Source: Babesia bigemina (taxonomy: Eukaryota). From it: DNA of 64,000 nt. The translations under genes were made by a program, and so were the position numbers. Below the pieces are notes generated by a model that had not been told where the DNA came from, searched no databases, and saw only the letters and a program-made list of their open reading frames with translations. Below are positions 1-13,156 of the stretch, one piece after another. Location: the NCBI RefSeq assembly GCF_000981445.1, contig NC_027217.1:2232001-2296000 (forward strand), in the 5' to 3' direction. The stretch's first letter is position 1. Each line of letters begins with the position of its first letter.

Positions 1-130
1 TGTCACTCGCGTCAGCGCCTAATTTTGCAACTTTTCCCAATAAGCAAACATGGCCTCTTGGCCATGCTGTCTTATAGGCAGCGGCGCAGGCCCTGACTGC
101 CTGGCAATGTGACTGTCCGAGGCTAGCGGC

Positions 131-2209
131 ATGGCGCCGAAGGCCTTGACAGACTGTCCCGAGAACCTTCGAGAGGCGATCGACTGGCTCGTCCAGGTGT
201 CGGTACACGGTGTCTAGTAACGAGAGTGGGCAGGACCGCGAGTTGAACAACATGTTTACTGGCGGTGGGATTTATGAGTTGCTATTCACCCCAATTGAGG
301 ACGTATTTGTCGATGTGATGGTCGAAGGTGAGCCGCTAAAAATGGGATTAACTTGGTCCACGTCATATCGCTGCTTTACAACACCCTGTGTCAATACTTC
401 CAGGTCTCCCACATCCGTGTTCCCCCTGAGCCACGATACCCGTGAACGATCAGGGACATGCTGTCGTGGCTCTCCGGGTTGCAGTATACACGTGTTGCTG
501 ACAAGCTGCCTGAGCACTGCAAGGGGTTGCTCAACCGTTGTTGCCACGACGGCGACATCCCCAACAAGGAGGACCCTGTCATGGCCAAGTGCATTGAGAG
601 CCTGCCACTCACTATCGCCAGAACATGTTCACGCTCCACCACCCTGCTCACCGCCATCCATGGCAACGGCCACGGCTTCGACCTCGCCGCCTACCCATAT
701 TCGGTGGATTTCTCCAACAACCGTGCCAGGCTCCACTACCCAGCTGACCCTGACGCACTGCTTGATATGCTACGTGATGTAGTATGTCGCTTGTGTAGAG
801 TGCTCCACTTCCTGTACTCCCAGTGCTGCCGCAGCACCGCCCGGGTCAAGGGGTGGCGGGAGTGCGCGTACGGCCGGCAGGTGCAATCACACCACTGGCA
901 GTGTAAACAATTCACTACTTACTCTAGTACCAGTACAACTGCTGCGACTACCACTACCAGTTCCTCCACCTCCACCCACGGCTGCCCGCCCACTTCGCCG
1001 CTCCAGTCGTTCCTCTCCGACCGCTGTCAAGGCCTTCTGCCGCATACCCTCACTGCATCTGACATGACCATTGAATGTACCAACTGTGCCGCCAACCAAC
1101 CCGGTCAGCAGTGCCTCACTCCGCTCGGCTTCTGGGACCTTGGCTTCGCTGCCTCCATAAGTGGCACTGGCTGGGATCTCGCCAAGCGCCTCGGAGATAT
1201 GTGCCGTGACGCCGACTCATGCCTGTTAGTGCTCTGTCGGACTCTGTCCTATCTATGCCCCGCCGCGCCCTCATCACTGGCCGACGTGTTTGCATTGTAT
1301 GCTCAGGTGCTACGGCAGTGGGACCATCATGACCGTGTTAGGCACCGTGGCGGCACTTACAGCGCCGCCGCCGATTTCATATCGCATCTCAACACCGACG
1401 GCATCGACAGCCTCTTCCCACTGTGGACACAGCTCCACGGCAGCTATGAAACTCACAGACTTACCACCGCCATTGCATCGCTCGCCGGGCATGACCACAA
1501 AAGTCACGATGCGCTGTCAAGCCTCTTCAACGACACCACTTGCAAGTCACCCCGTGGCTGCGCTCCCTACCTCCAACCCCTAGGACTCCACGCCTGTCAC
1601 AGCTACCCGCCGAAGCACGCCGGGCTATACGTCACGTGGACAATCTACCTGGCATGGCAGTTCTGGGAGTTGCTGGCATCGCTGCTACACGCGCTGGGCA
1701 ACATCGACTGCACGGCTTCTGGCTGCGCCACATGCCCCTGTAAACCTGGCACCCACGGCGGGAAGGACGCCTGCCACTGCCAATCACTTGTCAAGTGCGG
1801 CGGACCACTGCCCACTTTCTACCGCTACGGATTCACGTATCGCAACGCAAATCTCCTGGTCACCGACAACTATGCCATGCGCTGCGGAGACCTCAACACA
1901 CAACTCAGACAAGTGCTGCACTCAGACCACTTCACCGAATTGTTCCGGCGAATAGACCAACTCATATGGCACATCCGGATGCCTTTCTTCTATAGCCTGG
2001 TAGCACTATGGTCTCTCGTGGCGCTGTACATACTCCACACATTCCTGTACCGCATGGACATCATACGCATCACGTCACATCTACTGACCACCAAGGCCTC
2101 CCATCTCATCGACGTCAAGGCAATACTCACTAAAGGCGGGAAGATGCTATCACTGTATGACGCCAGTTAATTCGACGAGAACCCTTCCGAGTTACTTGGC
2201 ACGACGTAA
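131..2209 (+). pseudogene. ves1: ves1 (variant erythrocyte surface antigen-1)-like pseudogene, internally deleted with nonsense codons; longest open segment 458..2170
   Basis: ATG131 gives the VESA N-terminal motif MAPKALTDCPENLREAIDWL, then TAG at 215-217. The same frame reads YFQVSHIRVPPEPRYP*TIRDMLSWLSGLQY (TGA 443-445). The ORF has Cys/His-rich segments, a TM helix (FFYSLVALWSLVALYIL) and a VESA-type tail SHLIDVKAILTKGGKMLSLYDAS*FDENP. Confidence 0.85.
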
Positions 2210-2746
2210 TAATTATCGCAGTCACATTGTCACTTGCTAGCCTTATCGTGTATAATTGTTCCATGGTTGTTTGTAATATTGGCGTCATTTTCGGCTATGC
2301 TTGGCAGGTGTCGCATTGCAAATTTATTAAAACCACGCACACTGCAACCTGGTTGGGTGCTTTGCTAGTAACATGGATACATCCACAGTCATCTATCCAG
2401 TCTCCTCACAGGGGTTACTCACGGACTCCGTCGAATAGGACGGACTTTTATAATCCAGGATTGTTATGAAAGGTAGAGATCATATGCAATTTCAACATCA
2501 GGGACAGTAACGTTCCACTGCCGTACAACCGTACCTTTCACTTGTCATTTATACATGCAGATGAATAGCAGTGAGGTTCGTCACAACAGACATGTCTAGG
2601 TGTGACAATTGAACAAATGCATATCTTACAAACATCTTGACAGTTCGCATCACACATCAGTTTTTACTATGAAACACGGTAGTGGCAATTTAAAATCGTT
2701 GAAACTTTGACAATAAAAATTCATAGGTGTTCGTAGAACGGGGAAA

Positions 2747-3853
2747 ATGGAGAATGCGACGTTGATAACTCGTCAAATGTTGCCTAGCCTTATCTGTATT
2801 GTCGCCTTTGCGAAAATATCAACTGCTCATATCGATACAAAGCACCCGGCCAATTTATTCAACGAGAACGCACCGCTCTACGTAAATGGCCCACAGGTGA
2901 ACTTCGAGGAATTAGAACAACTAACAATGCCCCACTCCGAGCAGACAAACGTGGAGGCGCCTGACTTGGTGGCAAAGATAACGCTGTTGATCGATACGCA
3001 GCTCCACATCCCGTGAGGCCGTACCTGGAAAGGATACTTCTTTATCTTTTGAACAAACTCGTAGAAGAAAACAGAATGCCGTCTCGAACATTCGAATATG
3101 TTCAGATATGTCGAGATTAAATGGGCCTGCTGAAAGCCGTTCTTGACGGTTGCACGTCACCGCCAATATTCAAATGCGATGAGTTACAGTATTAGCATAC
3201 AGTGCTACAGTTTTACGATTCAACCGTGCCTATAGATAAGCGTACGATGGAAATGCTGATGCTCATTTTCTAGCATCTGTACGTGCAATCCTCCAGTAAA
3301 TTGCGAATGCTGATGACGGAAAGCACAACAAATAATCACGAGGGGAAAGCAGCATCGCTACACCCAATAATGTCCGAAACAGTGATAACGTCAGAGGCAG
3401 CAATGGGTGAGATGTGAGCGAATCTAGCATATGAGGTGTAGATGTGCCATATTCAAGCGCGGCCAGCAACACAGCTGCTCCACCGTATGTTCAAGGGTTG
3501 TTGGGAGCATGGACACCTGATTCAATGGGGTCTTCGCAATGAGGTTGCGGATCGAGTGATATTGCAGAATTGTCTGACTACCACAACCAACTGCCTACCC
3601 ATTTGAGTGACAACAAGTCAAGCATCGAACCATGGGACGACACGTTGCCCTATCACGCGCTCCAATTGATAAACGTGAGGAAGATGAGGCACATAGAGAA
3701 AAATATTTTGCATCATTTCTGAAGAAGGTTAGGGAATCCCCGGAGGATGGTGAGGAGATTAATAAACCCAACAAAGCTAAGTCCAGTTGGCAACGGTTCG
3801 TACAGTCTCTTCTTGGGCTAAACTGCATTTCACTAAAGGAAGTAGTCGATTAA
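2747..3853 (+). pseudogene. possible decayed secreted-protein gene (fragments 2747..3016 and 3632..3853)
   Basis: The first fragment has a signal-peptide-like stretch (MLPSLICIVAFAKISTA) and the last is hydrophilic and protein-like. All frames between them are interrupted and I found no convincing splice model. Confidence 0.25.
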
Positions 3854-6018
3854 CGGTTTATTGCAACGGTTACGCACTAACATTTTGCCTACCGTGCACA
3901 TAATTTACTTGTTCACGACCGATACTATCGCACTAAGTGTATACAGATGCGTCAGTGCGCGGTTACCGTTTGGGCAAACCACAATAAAACTGCGTGAATT
4001 CTAGTGTCGGTCGCTCGCACTAAGTCACACCCTATTCCACCACTGCGAACGGCCTGCGCGCGGCGATGAGCCGCTGAATAGTTCGACGCCTAAAATACAG
4101 TAGTACGTGTAACTTGGATGTGGTCTCTACGTGAGGCGGAAAGACTTTTAAAGTTTATAGAAATACGTGATGGTAGACTATAACCACCAAAGGCAACAAA
4201 ATATGCCTTTTAAAAAACGGATTGGGTGCCGCAATATATAGTATGTTACGCCGATAAGCATGGCGACGATGACAGAGAAAAAATACACGCAATAGGCCTT
4301 GCATGCCCCAGGATTTTTACTAAATGCACATTTCTGCAGCGTTAGGATCGACACGATCTGCTCCCATGTGGTAGTAGCTGCACACCGTTGAGCAACTTTA
4401 TCGAAAAGGAAGAGCACAATGACGTAACCCGGGGGTAATGGGAATCTAGAACAACAAACTAAGGACAAACTGCAGTGGATAACGTACCTTGACTATCAAC
4501 CATTGCTGTAAAATTTGAGTCACGTAAGATCTATTCTGTTACATTCAGCGCATCGTCCCCTGGTAACTTGCCACGAACAATTCCAATTCCTGAAGCTGAC
4601 ACAACACTAACATACATGATAACGGCATATATAATCGAATAAGATTCCTCACATGACTATCGCATTGTACCAACGCCACAGAAACAAGAAAACGTCCATT
4701 GCTCACTTCACGCCACCATACCGATATCTCTAATATTGCCCGACACACGTAGCATGTAACCGCATGTAGCAACGCAACATCTCAAACTGGGTACTGTCGT
4801 TTTGAAGTCCTTCAATTTTTACTGACCGGGCGTGCCTGAGATGCTTTAGTTGATCATGACGTAGATTACCAACTGGAGCACACTGTTATTTGCATATCGT
4901 GCTGTTATCATCATCATCATAACTTTTGGTGTTCAACATCATAAAGCGAACAGTTGAATCTTTCATAATGTAGATGCACTTTCTTTGGCACATTCCTGAT
5001 TCAGTGGGTGAGGCACGGCTGTGTAATGAAACTGCTCACGTAGTTAGACCGTCTTTCAATATTAAGCGCCATTTGGCGTTTACCAGCCATATTTACAATT
5101 AGAAGTTCTAACTTGCGTTTATTGTTTGCGAACCCCGCTGGCACTCTTGCCGCCACGTGGACGGCGGCGTGTGGCTACATCGGCGTCAATGCTGGATCAA
5201 ATGACCGGATCAATAGGCAAAATGCTGATAATTCTATCCTCCAAAAATGGCAGTGAAGTCTAAAATACAACCAGGATTGGTGAGTCGTGCATGTATTTCA
5301 CGTTTTATGTCCTTCTGTCTGGTTACATTAGGCTAGTGTCTGATCATAGCTTATCCCTCGGCGTATACCGGCATTTCGCTTTTATTAGAGAATGAATTGT
5401 CAGTGACTATGCCGTATGCAACCAAATTGGACAAAAAAAGCCGTGCTCACCCAAGTTATTGGCAGACCAAGAAATGTACCAAGGCCTATATATAAACGCT
5501 TCCCACACGTAGGAAGAAGCTCACGTTTGGCTGTCCTAAGAGCAATGATATACTGTCTACTAGGGACGTAGCTATGATGAAACATTACATTTTTAAGTGG
5601 TAGAATATACGGTGCGTTGATGCACCCTGAACTCAACAGGCGTTATGCATCTCAGTAATGGATAGGCGGCAGGCCACTCCAAGTCAACAACGATTGTGCA
5701 GCATAAGGGCAATTTACAAAGCGGTATACAGCATTATGTATAAACTGCGGAATTTTACACAATGCCTGTTGGGTTCATTGCCATTCAAGCGTTTTACGTT
5801 AGAAGAACGGCACGCTAAGCTGCACCATTCTTGATGTTACATAAACGTTAATACCTCTGTTCTGCTTCATGACGATACCAGTGTAATGGATGGAGCTGGT
5901 ATACATAAATATGGCTATTGCTACATTTTATACATTAGTTATGGTTCATAAGAGTTCCTATTATGCCAACGCATTGCTGAAACTGAATAAGCATCTTTTG
6001 AGTAGCCCCTTTTACACC

Positions 6019-6804
6019 TTATTCGTTATTACCAAACCAATAGAACGCCCAGAATCCGGCGAGGTCGTAGAATGTGACCAACACTTGATAAGTTACACCT
6101 TTCAACGCCTTAGCGACATATAAAGGGGTCATTGCAGTGGGCCATTGCTTTTCCTGGTAACCAGCAGCTAGCAGTACACTTCCCACGCTACTAGATGGCA
6201 CATAAATCTTTACCTTCTGAGGTAGTCTTGCAACTTTGCACGCAACCTTCATAGAACGCAGACCTGCGTACAACATTGGCGCGATTCCCACTAGGACCAC
6301 TGCACAAGCTTCCGGCTTTTCGGAACATGATTTCTCCCAAGTTGCTTCTGAACTATAAGCAGACTCGTACTGCTCGGGGTGTTTTACATCTTCCAAGAAC
6401 TTCTCACAACCATCTACAGCTTTAGATAACTGTTTTGCGATAGTTTCAGGAGTTAGGCCCTTGGTCTGTATGACGTTCTTATAATCGCTATCGTAGACAT
6501 CTCCAAACCACCTGTGTAGGGCTTTTGGTGCCTCAAATATGACCTCGTTGAACCTTCTCAGCACCTGTTTTGTGGGCCACAGTTCTTTAAGCGCGGGATT
6601 TTTCAGGAATTCTTTGGTAATAAGTTTAACTTCTTCGAGATTTGGCACCTTCGTGAATCCAACAGGCTTGTCTGCGAGAAATTTGTGGATTGCCGCACCC
6701 ATAGCACCCAAGTTCTTTTCAGCATCATCTCCCTTCAAGGCCACCAACCAGTCTATGGCCTCCTTGAGGTTGTGAGGAGCTTCAGTCAACGAAGTGTACA
6801 CCAT
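6019..6804 (-). CDS. short ves-family protein (VESA N-terminal domain only, ves2-type), 261 aa
   Basis: Motifs SLTEAPHNLKEAIDWL, VDGCEKFL, YESAYSSEATW, CAVVLVGIAPMLYAGL and FYDLAGFWAFY. There is no ves1 Cys-rich region or TM/cytoplasmic tail. Confidence 0.85.
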   Translation of the reverse strand: MVYTSLTEAPHNLKEAIDWLVALKGDDAEKNLGAMGAAIHKFLADKPVGFTKVPNLEEVKLITKEFLKNPALKELWPTKQVLRRFNEVIFEAPKALHRWFGDVYDSDYKNVIQTKGLTPETIAKQLSKAVDGCEKFLEDVKHPEQYESAYSSEATWEKSCSEKPEACAVVLVGIAPMLYAGLRSMKVACKVARLPQKVKIYVPSSSVGSVLLAAGYQEKQWPTAMTPLYVAKALKGVTYQVLVTFYDLAGFWAFYWFGNNE

Positions 6805-8702
6805 TTTGTGATGATGAGATACAATAACTGACCAATATAGACGCGTGTAGCCTCTTATACTTATAGGCCGGTGTTTATACAGCCAAGGCTTGATGGAAGA
6901 TCAGCACAACGCAAGTGCCGTTACCTTCCAATATACAAGTGCAGAATTTAATCATTCAAAGTAGGTTATACACCGACTAGGTGGACTGTGAAGGAGCGAA
7001 ATCGACAATATCGGCTCATCGCAATCAGATCTACAGTTAATGTTACATGCAACACGCATGTCACTGTCGTGATCAACTTTTGGTTAACTTTTCACGTCCT
7101 GAACCTATGTATGCTGGGATAATATGACTACATGTATCAACCTTGAGATATTACGACGGGTTGTCAGTAGTGTAGAAGAGTGCGCTGTCTAATGGCCATC
7201 ACTTCGGACCATGACCGGGCATCACATATCAGGTCTCCCAGTCGCACTTCTCCAAGCATCATTAAGCGAGCCATAGAACATAAATACCAAAGCATAAACT
7301 AATGTAGTAGATAAACCGAAACATCACTTACGAGGGCACTAATGGGTTGCCGGCACGTGTGACACCGCGGTCAGCATCATAGATCTCTGCCACCGCTGGA
7401 TGGCACAAGTGAGATGTCAGCTGCAGCCACAATAGCAGACTAATTGATAAATGAACGCATTGACTACATTGAGATGGCAGTCTTATTATGCTGAGATTTA
7501 AAGCATACTGTGATGCTACGTGAACTTCACGGGTTTACAGGCGTAATAGCTGTCAGTGTCAATCTCTTCAGTATTCCCTTGACATTTTCGCCGTAGCCGT
7601 GTATTGCAATACGGATGGCGGTAAGAAAACGCTTGCCTCACCTTGCGAATGGCTTCCGGCTTTATTTCGGGAAGCATTCTCGATAACTACATTTACATAG
7701 ATGGGACATAAACTCCCTAAGCGGTTATATACCAGCTACGCGTAAGGTACTGCAGATTTCACAGTTGACGTGTTCTACGCGGTTTCTGCCAAAGATGTTA
7801 TCGTTGTCCATGACCAAGTGCCCTTGGCAGTGGTAGACTTTGCATTGGTTCCTCTCCGCACAACCGATGAGATGGCCGTCGCAGTGCTGTTCCTTATTTC
7901 GGAAAACACAAATCACAGCATTCACAGTGTACAACTACATTTACAGCTACAATTAAAACATATAGGTCTTGTATCACATTGCATTTCATCGCGGCGCGGA
8001 CACCCGGCCTCAGCGCATATCGCCTAGTATACAAAATGCATTTGTGCATAACATACAGAGTCTTCACCTGATATTGCAACGCTCGAGTAACTTCAAGAAC
8101 CTATGAACAATGTCTACCAGGTTTCCACGTGAAGACGGGTGTCATGGGACCCGGTCGCCAGCAGCGTCAGTCTGGATTTCAACTGAAACCGACGTGACAT
8201 ACAAGCCTGCGACAAAGTTGAATAACCGCCATCCTGAAACTCACCGGCGCAGAATGAAGCTCTGCTTTAATACCTTGAGCGCCTGCTACGGGTGGGCATG
8301 TGACGAGGCACACCGGGAGGGGACCGGTTAACGCGAAGTCACACCCTTGCAATGCCCGATGATAGTGTGGATGTACCCCGAAAACTGCGAAGTAAGCACA
8401 GCTGTGTTGCCTACGTTTGTCTTCCTTATACTGTTGCGATGAAAGATGCGCTGGTTATCCTTTTTGTATAACCACCAAAGACGTCTGCTCACCTCCAACT
8501 ACGTTTGACAGGTATAACGTTGTGAATGATCGTCAGTCAAGGAACTTAAAATCCTTTTACCAACTATTATTGCTCGACGACTGTGGCTTCGCTTACAAAT
8601 GCATCCACCATTAAAAAGATGGAAAGCGCCTGAATATACCGAAACCGGAAATAACTTTTTCATCGGTATGCTCAGGGTTGTTTAGCAGCAAACTTATACC
8701 TC

Positions 8703-10443
8703 TTAGATTCGAAGCATACTCACTCTAGATTCTAAGTCGAACGTTCTTTCCCCTTGTTTTATCAATTCACGTATCCCGTCATCTGTTAACAGTTCATCGT
8801 CATTTCTTGTGCTTCCTCTCGAACCCTCAAACTCTGCCATATCCCCTTCAATACCCGGTAAGTACAGACCATCCGGAGATGTTCCATCTCTTAACAGCTG
8901 TTCCAAGGTCACTTCTACTTCTTCTACTTTCTTTTTCATCTCATCCCTTCTTTCCTGTATGACCTTCCTTTCCTTCCATACTTCCACATTTTCCTTTTCG
9001 ATTTTCTTTTTATCCTCTTCATACGTGGCAAACAACGCGCCATAGCAAGCGATGTTGAGCAGTGAACCTATCACGATCATGTACATGGTCGACTTCCGTA
9101 GGGCTTCGGTGTTGTTATCTTTCAGCGCCGCATCCATGTCATCAATCGCCTGTGTTGACGGGGCGTAACCATGCAACTTCTCTGACACGTACGCGAAGAT
9201 CTCCACGAAACTCACGCTTACAGATATACCCGATATGCACTGGATGATGGCCGATGCGCTGGCTTGGTACCTGTCCGGAATTACTTTCCTCATAATGGGT
9301 CTATCCACGCCGCCAACTGTGACCAAGGTCGCACCAAGAACCGCAAACTCTATGTAGTGATACCACATCAGACGTCCATCCGGGGCCGGCGACACGAAGA
9401 ACAGTACACAAACGATCAGTCTTACGCCCATCACAACGATACCAGCAATAAGTTCGCCATACTTTTTATGCATACCTGTAATTTTATCAATAACAATTCC
9501 TCCAGCCGCAGTCCCTGCTGCTCCGCCAATCGTAGTGACCAAAATCGCAATGCCAACCTTCATGTCGGACACACCCAAGTATTCCAGGTACGTGATCATG
9601 TACGGCAGGGTGCACATCGGGGCCTCCGCAATCAACATCGTAAATATACACAGAAAAGCGGACCAATTCGTAAAAACCGCTTTAAAAGCGCCGGATATTT
9701 GGTTGATGAATTTATCCATGGATCCATAGGGAGTGATGAGTACCCTCTCAGTATGCATTGCAAATACAATCGCGATGCCAACCGAAATCCACAGGTAGCC
9801 CAACACAATGTATGAGACGCGCCAGCCGATAAATCCCAGCAAGATGTTCTGAGCAGCCTCCGTGGTTATTGCGGCACATAACATGCGCCCAATGCAATTC
9901 AGCGCATGAATACGGGTAAACGTGCTGCTGTTACCGCTCTCATCATCATCTTCATCCGAGATGATCTTTTGCTGCACTGGGTAGATACAACCAAAGGCGG
10001 CACCGTGTAAGAAGCGCAATAAAACGATCTGCACAACCATGATCAATTTGACGCTTGCAACCTACCGACGAGAAGCGTGATGTGGCGCTTAGCAGAATCG
10101 ATGCGATGCCCATGAATAACAACCCAGCAGCCATCACCAGGTTAGTCTCAAACGCGTCCGCCAGCAACCCCCAAACCAGCGAGAAGCACAACCGCGACAT
10201 GATAGACACGGTCATCAGCACTGTCAGCTGACTCTTGGTGAAGCTCATAGTTGACTCGAAGATCCTCATGCACAAGTACAACACCTGCTGCTCGTAGCCT
10301 TCAGTGAACGACACCACGTGGTACAACACCTGGCCAAATGTGCCGTAGTCTGCTTTAATTCTGTCTACCTTAGTGCTTTCAGCTCCTTCAACAGGTTCTT
10401 TTCCTCCAACTTCACTGTCACCTCCTACACCCATTGCTTCCAT
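8703..10443 (-). CDS. major facilitator superfamily transporter, 2 exons (10443-10066, 10028-8703), ~567 aa
   Basis: Many hydrophobic helices with MFS-like motifs WGLLADAFE and LLRFLHGAAFG. A 37-nt GTAGGT..TGCAG intron at 10029-10065 joins the two ORFs in phase 0. The C-terminal tail is charged. Confidence 0.85.
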
Positions 10444-12391
10444 GCTGTCTTTGCGATTCCCATGAAAACACTATATGAGTTAAAGGTCTGCGTCGCGTAC
10501 TATGTGCGACGTGAGAACTACGCAGGAAATCCAGTTATTCAACTTACGCCGAATTACTGGATCAGGTATTACACACGTGGTCGTCAAATCGTAATTTATA
10601 GACATCTGAACGTGTCTACAGTGGTGTAACCGTTAGACAACAACGCGTTTCGTTGGACCAGTACAAAGCCCGAAAAGAAGGAAGGGCAAGGTGTCCCACC
10701 GACCGCAAATTGCCGGGACCAAGGGCAACCTACGGAGTCCTAATGGCAACCCGGCAGCCGAAATTACAAACCCCAACACCGGACCCGGGACTCCGCCGAC
10801 TCGGTAGGAGGTTTTAACGCTACCGAACAAGGGTGTGTATCTGGGTGTGTGCCACCCTGTGCGGTCGGGAGATGTAGACACGAGGTTGGGGAACAACACA
10901 TTTGCACGGATACTTAACAAACGCTTTTGACAGATGTAGAGTATTTTATAGAACACATTGATTAAGGGTTGGTTAGCCTCGGTGGTGTTATAATTCGGAA
11001 TCCAGAGGGATGGTACCCATAAGTGCCGGAAATCCCAATCCCTGAAGCTGTTGCAACAACATGAGTACACAGGCACACAAGCCAAGGACGTATAGTAACA
11101 TGACGACATTTAACTAACACCATATAACCGACTTTTCTAGATGTGGGTACTCTGGAGCCTTGCCATTTCATACGGGCATAACCGAACAGTGTCTGCAATG
11201 GGCAGTTGACGTATATTTGGAGTCAGTGCCGTGTTGGACTTGGCGGTACGTGGGCTCCAGCAAATTTACTCATTCAAATGAATACCTAAACATTTTCCAC
11301 GGAATGGTAGTTGCGGCTGAGATACTAGTTTAATGCCATTGACAATTATAACACGCGAAAGGCGCTTTAATGGTACCAAAAAATGCAAATGCGAAGCTTC
11401 CTCGCTATTCGTCTGATTTTGTGGCAGAATTAACGCATCATGCAATGTTAGCTCAAGATTGCCTCATGAGCAGTTTCAACGCACCTATGAGTGACAACGC
11501 TCCTAAATTCATGCAATCTTATGCTATAGGCTACGTTATCAGGTGTTGTTGTAACACCCATTACTGAAATATCGCCGCCGTTGATGCCTGCTCATTTCGG
11601 TTATTACCGGTACCAATGTTTAAATATGTGTTTTGACCTCTTATTCGTTTTCTCATATTATAGTGTGCTATCTGTTCACGTTGGGATGGTGTCAGTTATC
11701 GCGTTTACCACGCCAGCGCTTCACTCTGGTGATATCGGCTGCGTGTCCCACGTCGTGATGTTAACGGACGTTATTAGAATCGCTCTTATAGACCCATGCA
11801 CAAACGACTACAGCCAGTTCACCACAAGATCAAGCGAACGCCCAATACGGCTCATAAATGAGCAGTTCAGGTACTCACGGGCACCAGCATTCTCGGCCGT
11901 GGAGATAAAATAATAACGTCTGTTTTCAAATGACCAACTTCTACAACAGATGGTGTCATTATGTAGTAAAATCTTAAGAGAATACTAGACCTTGCAGTCA
12001 GGGACAGCCACGCACCCCTGCCACTGCTATGCTACCAAGCTACACCAAGCCATACCGTGCTATCAAACAACAGGAAGGCACAAAGTTGTATACGGCACGA
12101 TCTTGTGAGCTACGGGTCTACACCACCTGCGTGCTATATGAACATTGTAGCATGTGATGTTGATGAGCAACCCGCCAAATTGCTTCCTGAATACAATTCA
12201 GGAAACTCTAAGAACTGTAACATGTGACGTAAACAGTGCCATGAGTGATTCGTGTATTCTTCAAACTTGCTGTCACCATATTTAAGTCGTTTGAAGGGCC
12301 TCTTGAGAATCCGTATGACATCAACTCGCTAGGGACCTGGAATTAGCATCTGTGTGTGTCCAGCTTCTTTTACAACTCCTGCAACCCATAT

Positions 12392-13156
12392 TCAATAGAA
12401 AGCCCAGAATCCAGCGAGCCGGTAGATTGTCTCCAACACTTTGAAGTTCACATTATATTGCAATAACTTGTAAAGATAAGAACCGCTCATGTTAGCGCGG
12501 CATCCCGATCCTCTGTAACCCAGGGCATTCAATACATTTCCCAAATGCTCAAGTGCACCAGGGTGTAACCAACTCTGTGTTTCACTCAGGCTAGCCATTC
12601 GCAAAGCACGAAGGCCCACGTACAACATTGGCGCCATTCCCACCAGGACAATTGCGCAAGCTTCTGGATCTTCGACGCATGATCCAGCCCAGGTAGCTTC
12701 TGAACTATAAGTGGATTCATATTTATCTGCGTTTTTGATATTTTCCAAGAATTTCTCACAACCATCCACAACTTTTCCTAGATCCTTTGCGATGTGTTCA
12801 GGCTTCATACCTCTGGCCTGTACGATATTCTTATAATCGCTTTCGTCTACGATTCCGATAATCTTAGCGAATGCTCCGGGGTCCTTATCCATTGGCGTAA
12901 TGAATCTCTCCAGCATAACGTTTGCCGGCCACTGATCCTTTAGCGCCTTATGCGTCATGAGGTCTTTTGAAAAGATCTTGGCCTTCTCGAGGGCTGGAAG
13001 CACCATCTTGCCGACCGGCTTGTCTGCAAGGAACTTGTGAAGTGCAGCACCCAAAGCAGCCAAGTTCTTTTCTGCATCATCTCCCTTCAGTGCTACTAAC
13101 CAGTCAATGCCCTCCTAGACACTCCGAGGAGCCCTAGTCAACGAATCGAATTGCAT
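12392..13156 (-). pseudogene. short ves-family (ves2-type) paralogue with premature TAG at codon 14
   Basis: ATG13156 gives MQFDSLTRAPRSV*EGIDWLVALKGDDAEKNL (TAG at 13115-13117, where the paralogue has Lys). The rest is collinear with 6019..6804 and ends LAGFWAFY. Confidence 0.8.

Noticed and set aside
7590..7680. Short palindromes and hairpins (gtattgcaatac; gcttcc..ggaagc)
   Set aside because: Too short to distinguish from chance, and no RNA family features.
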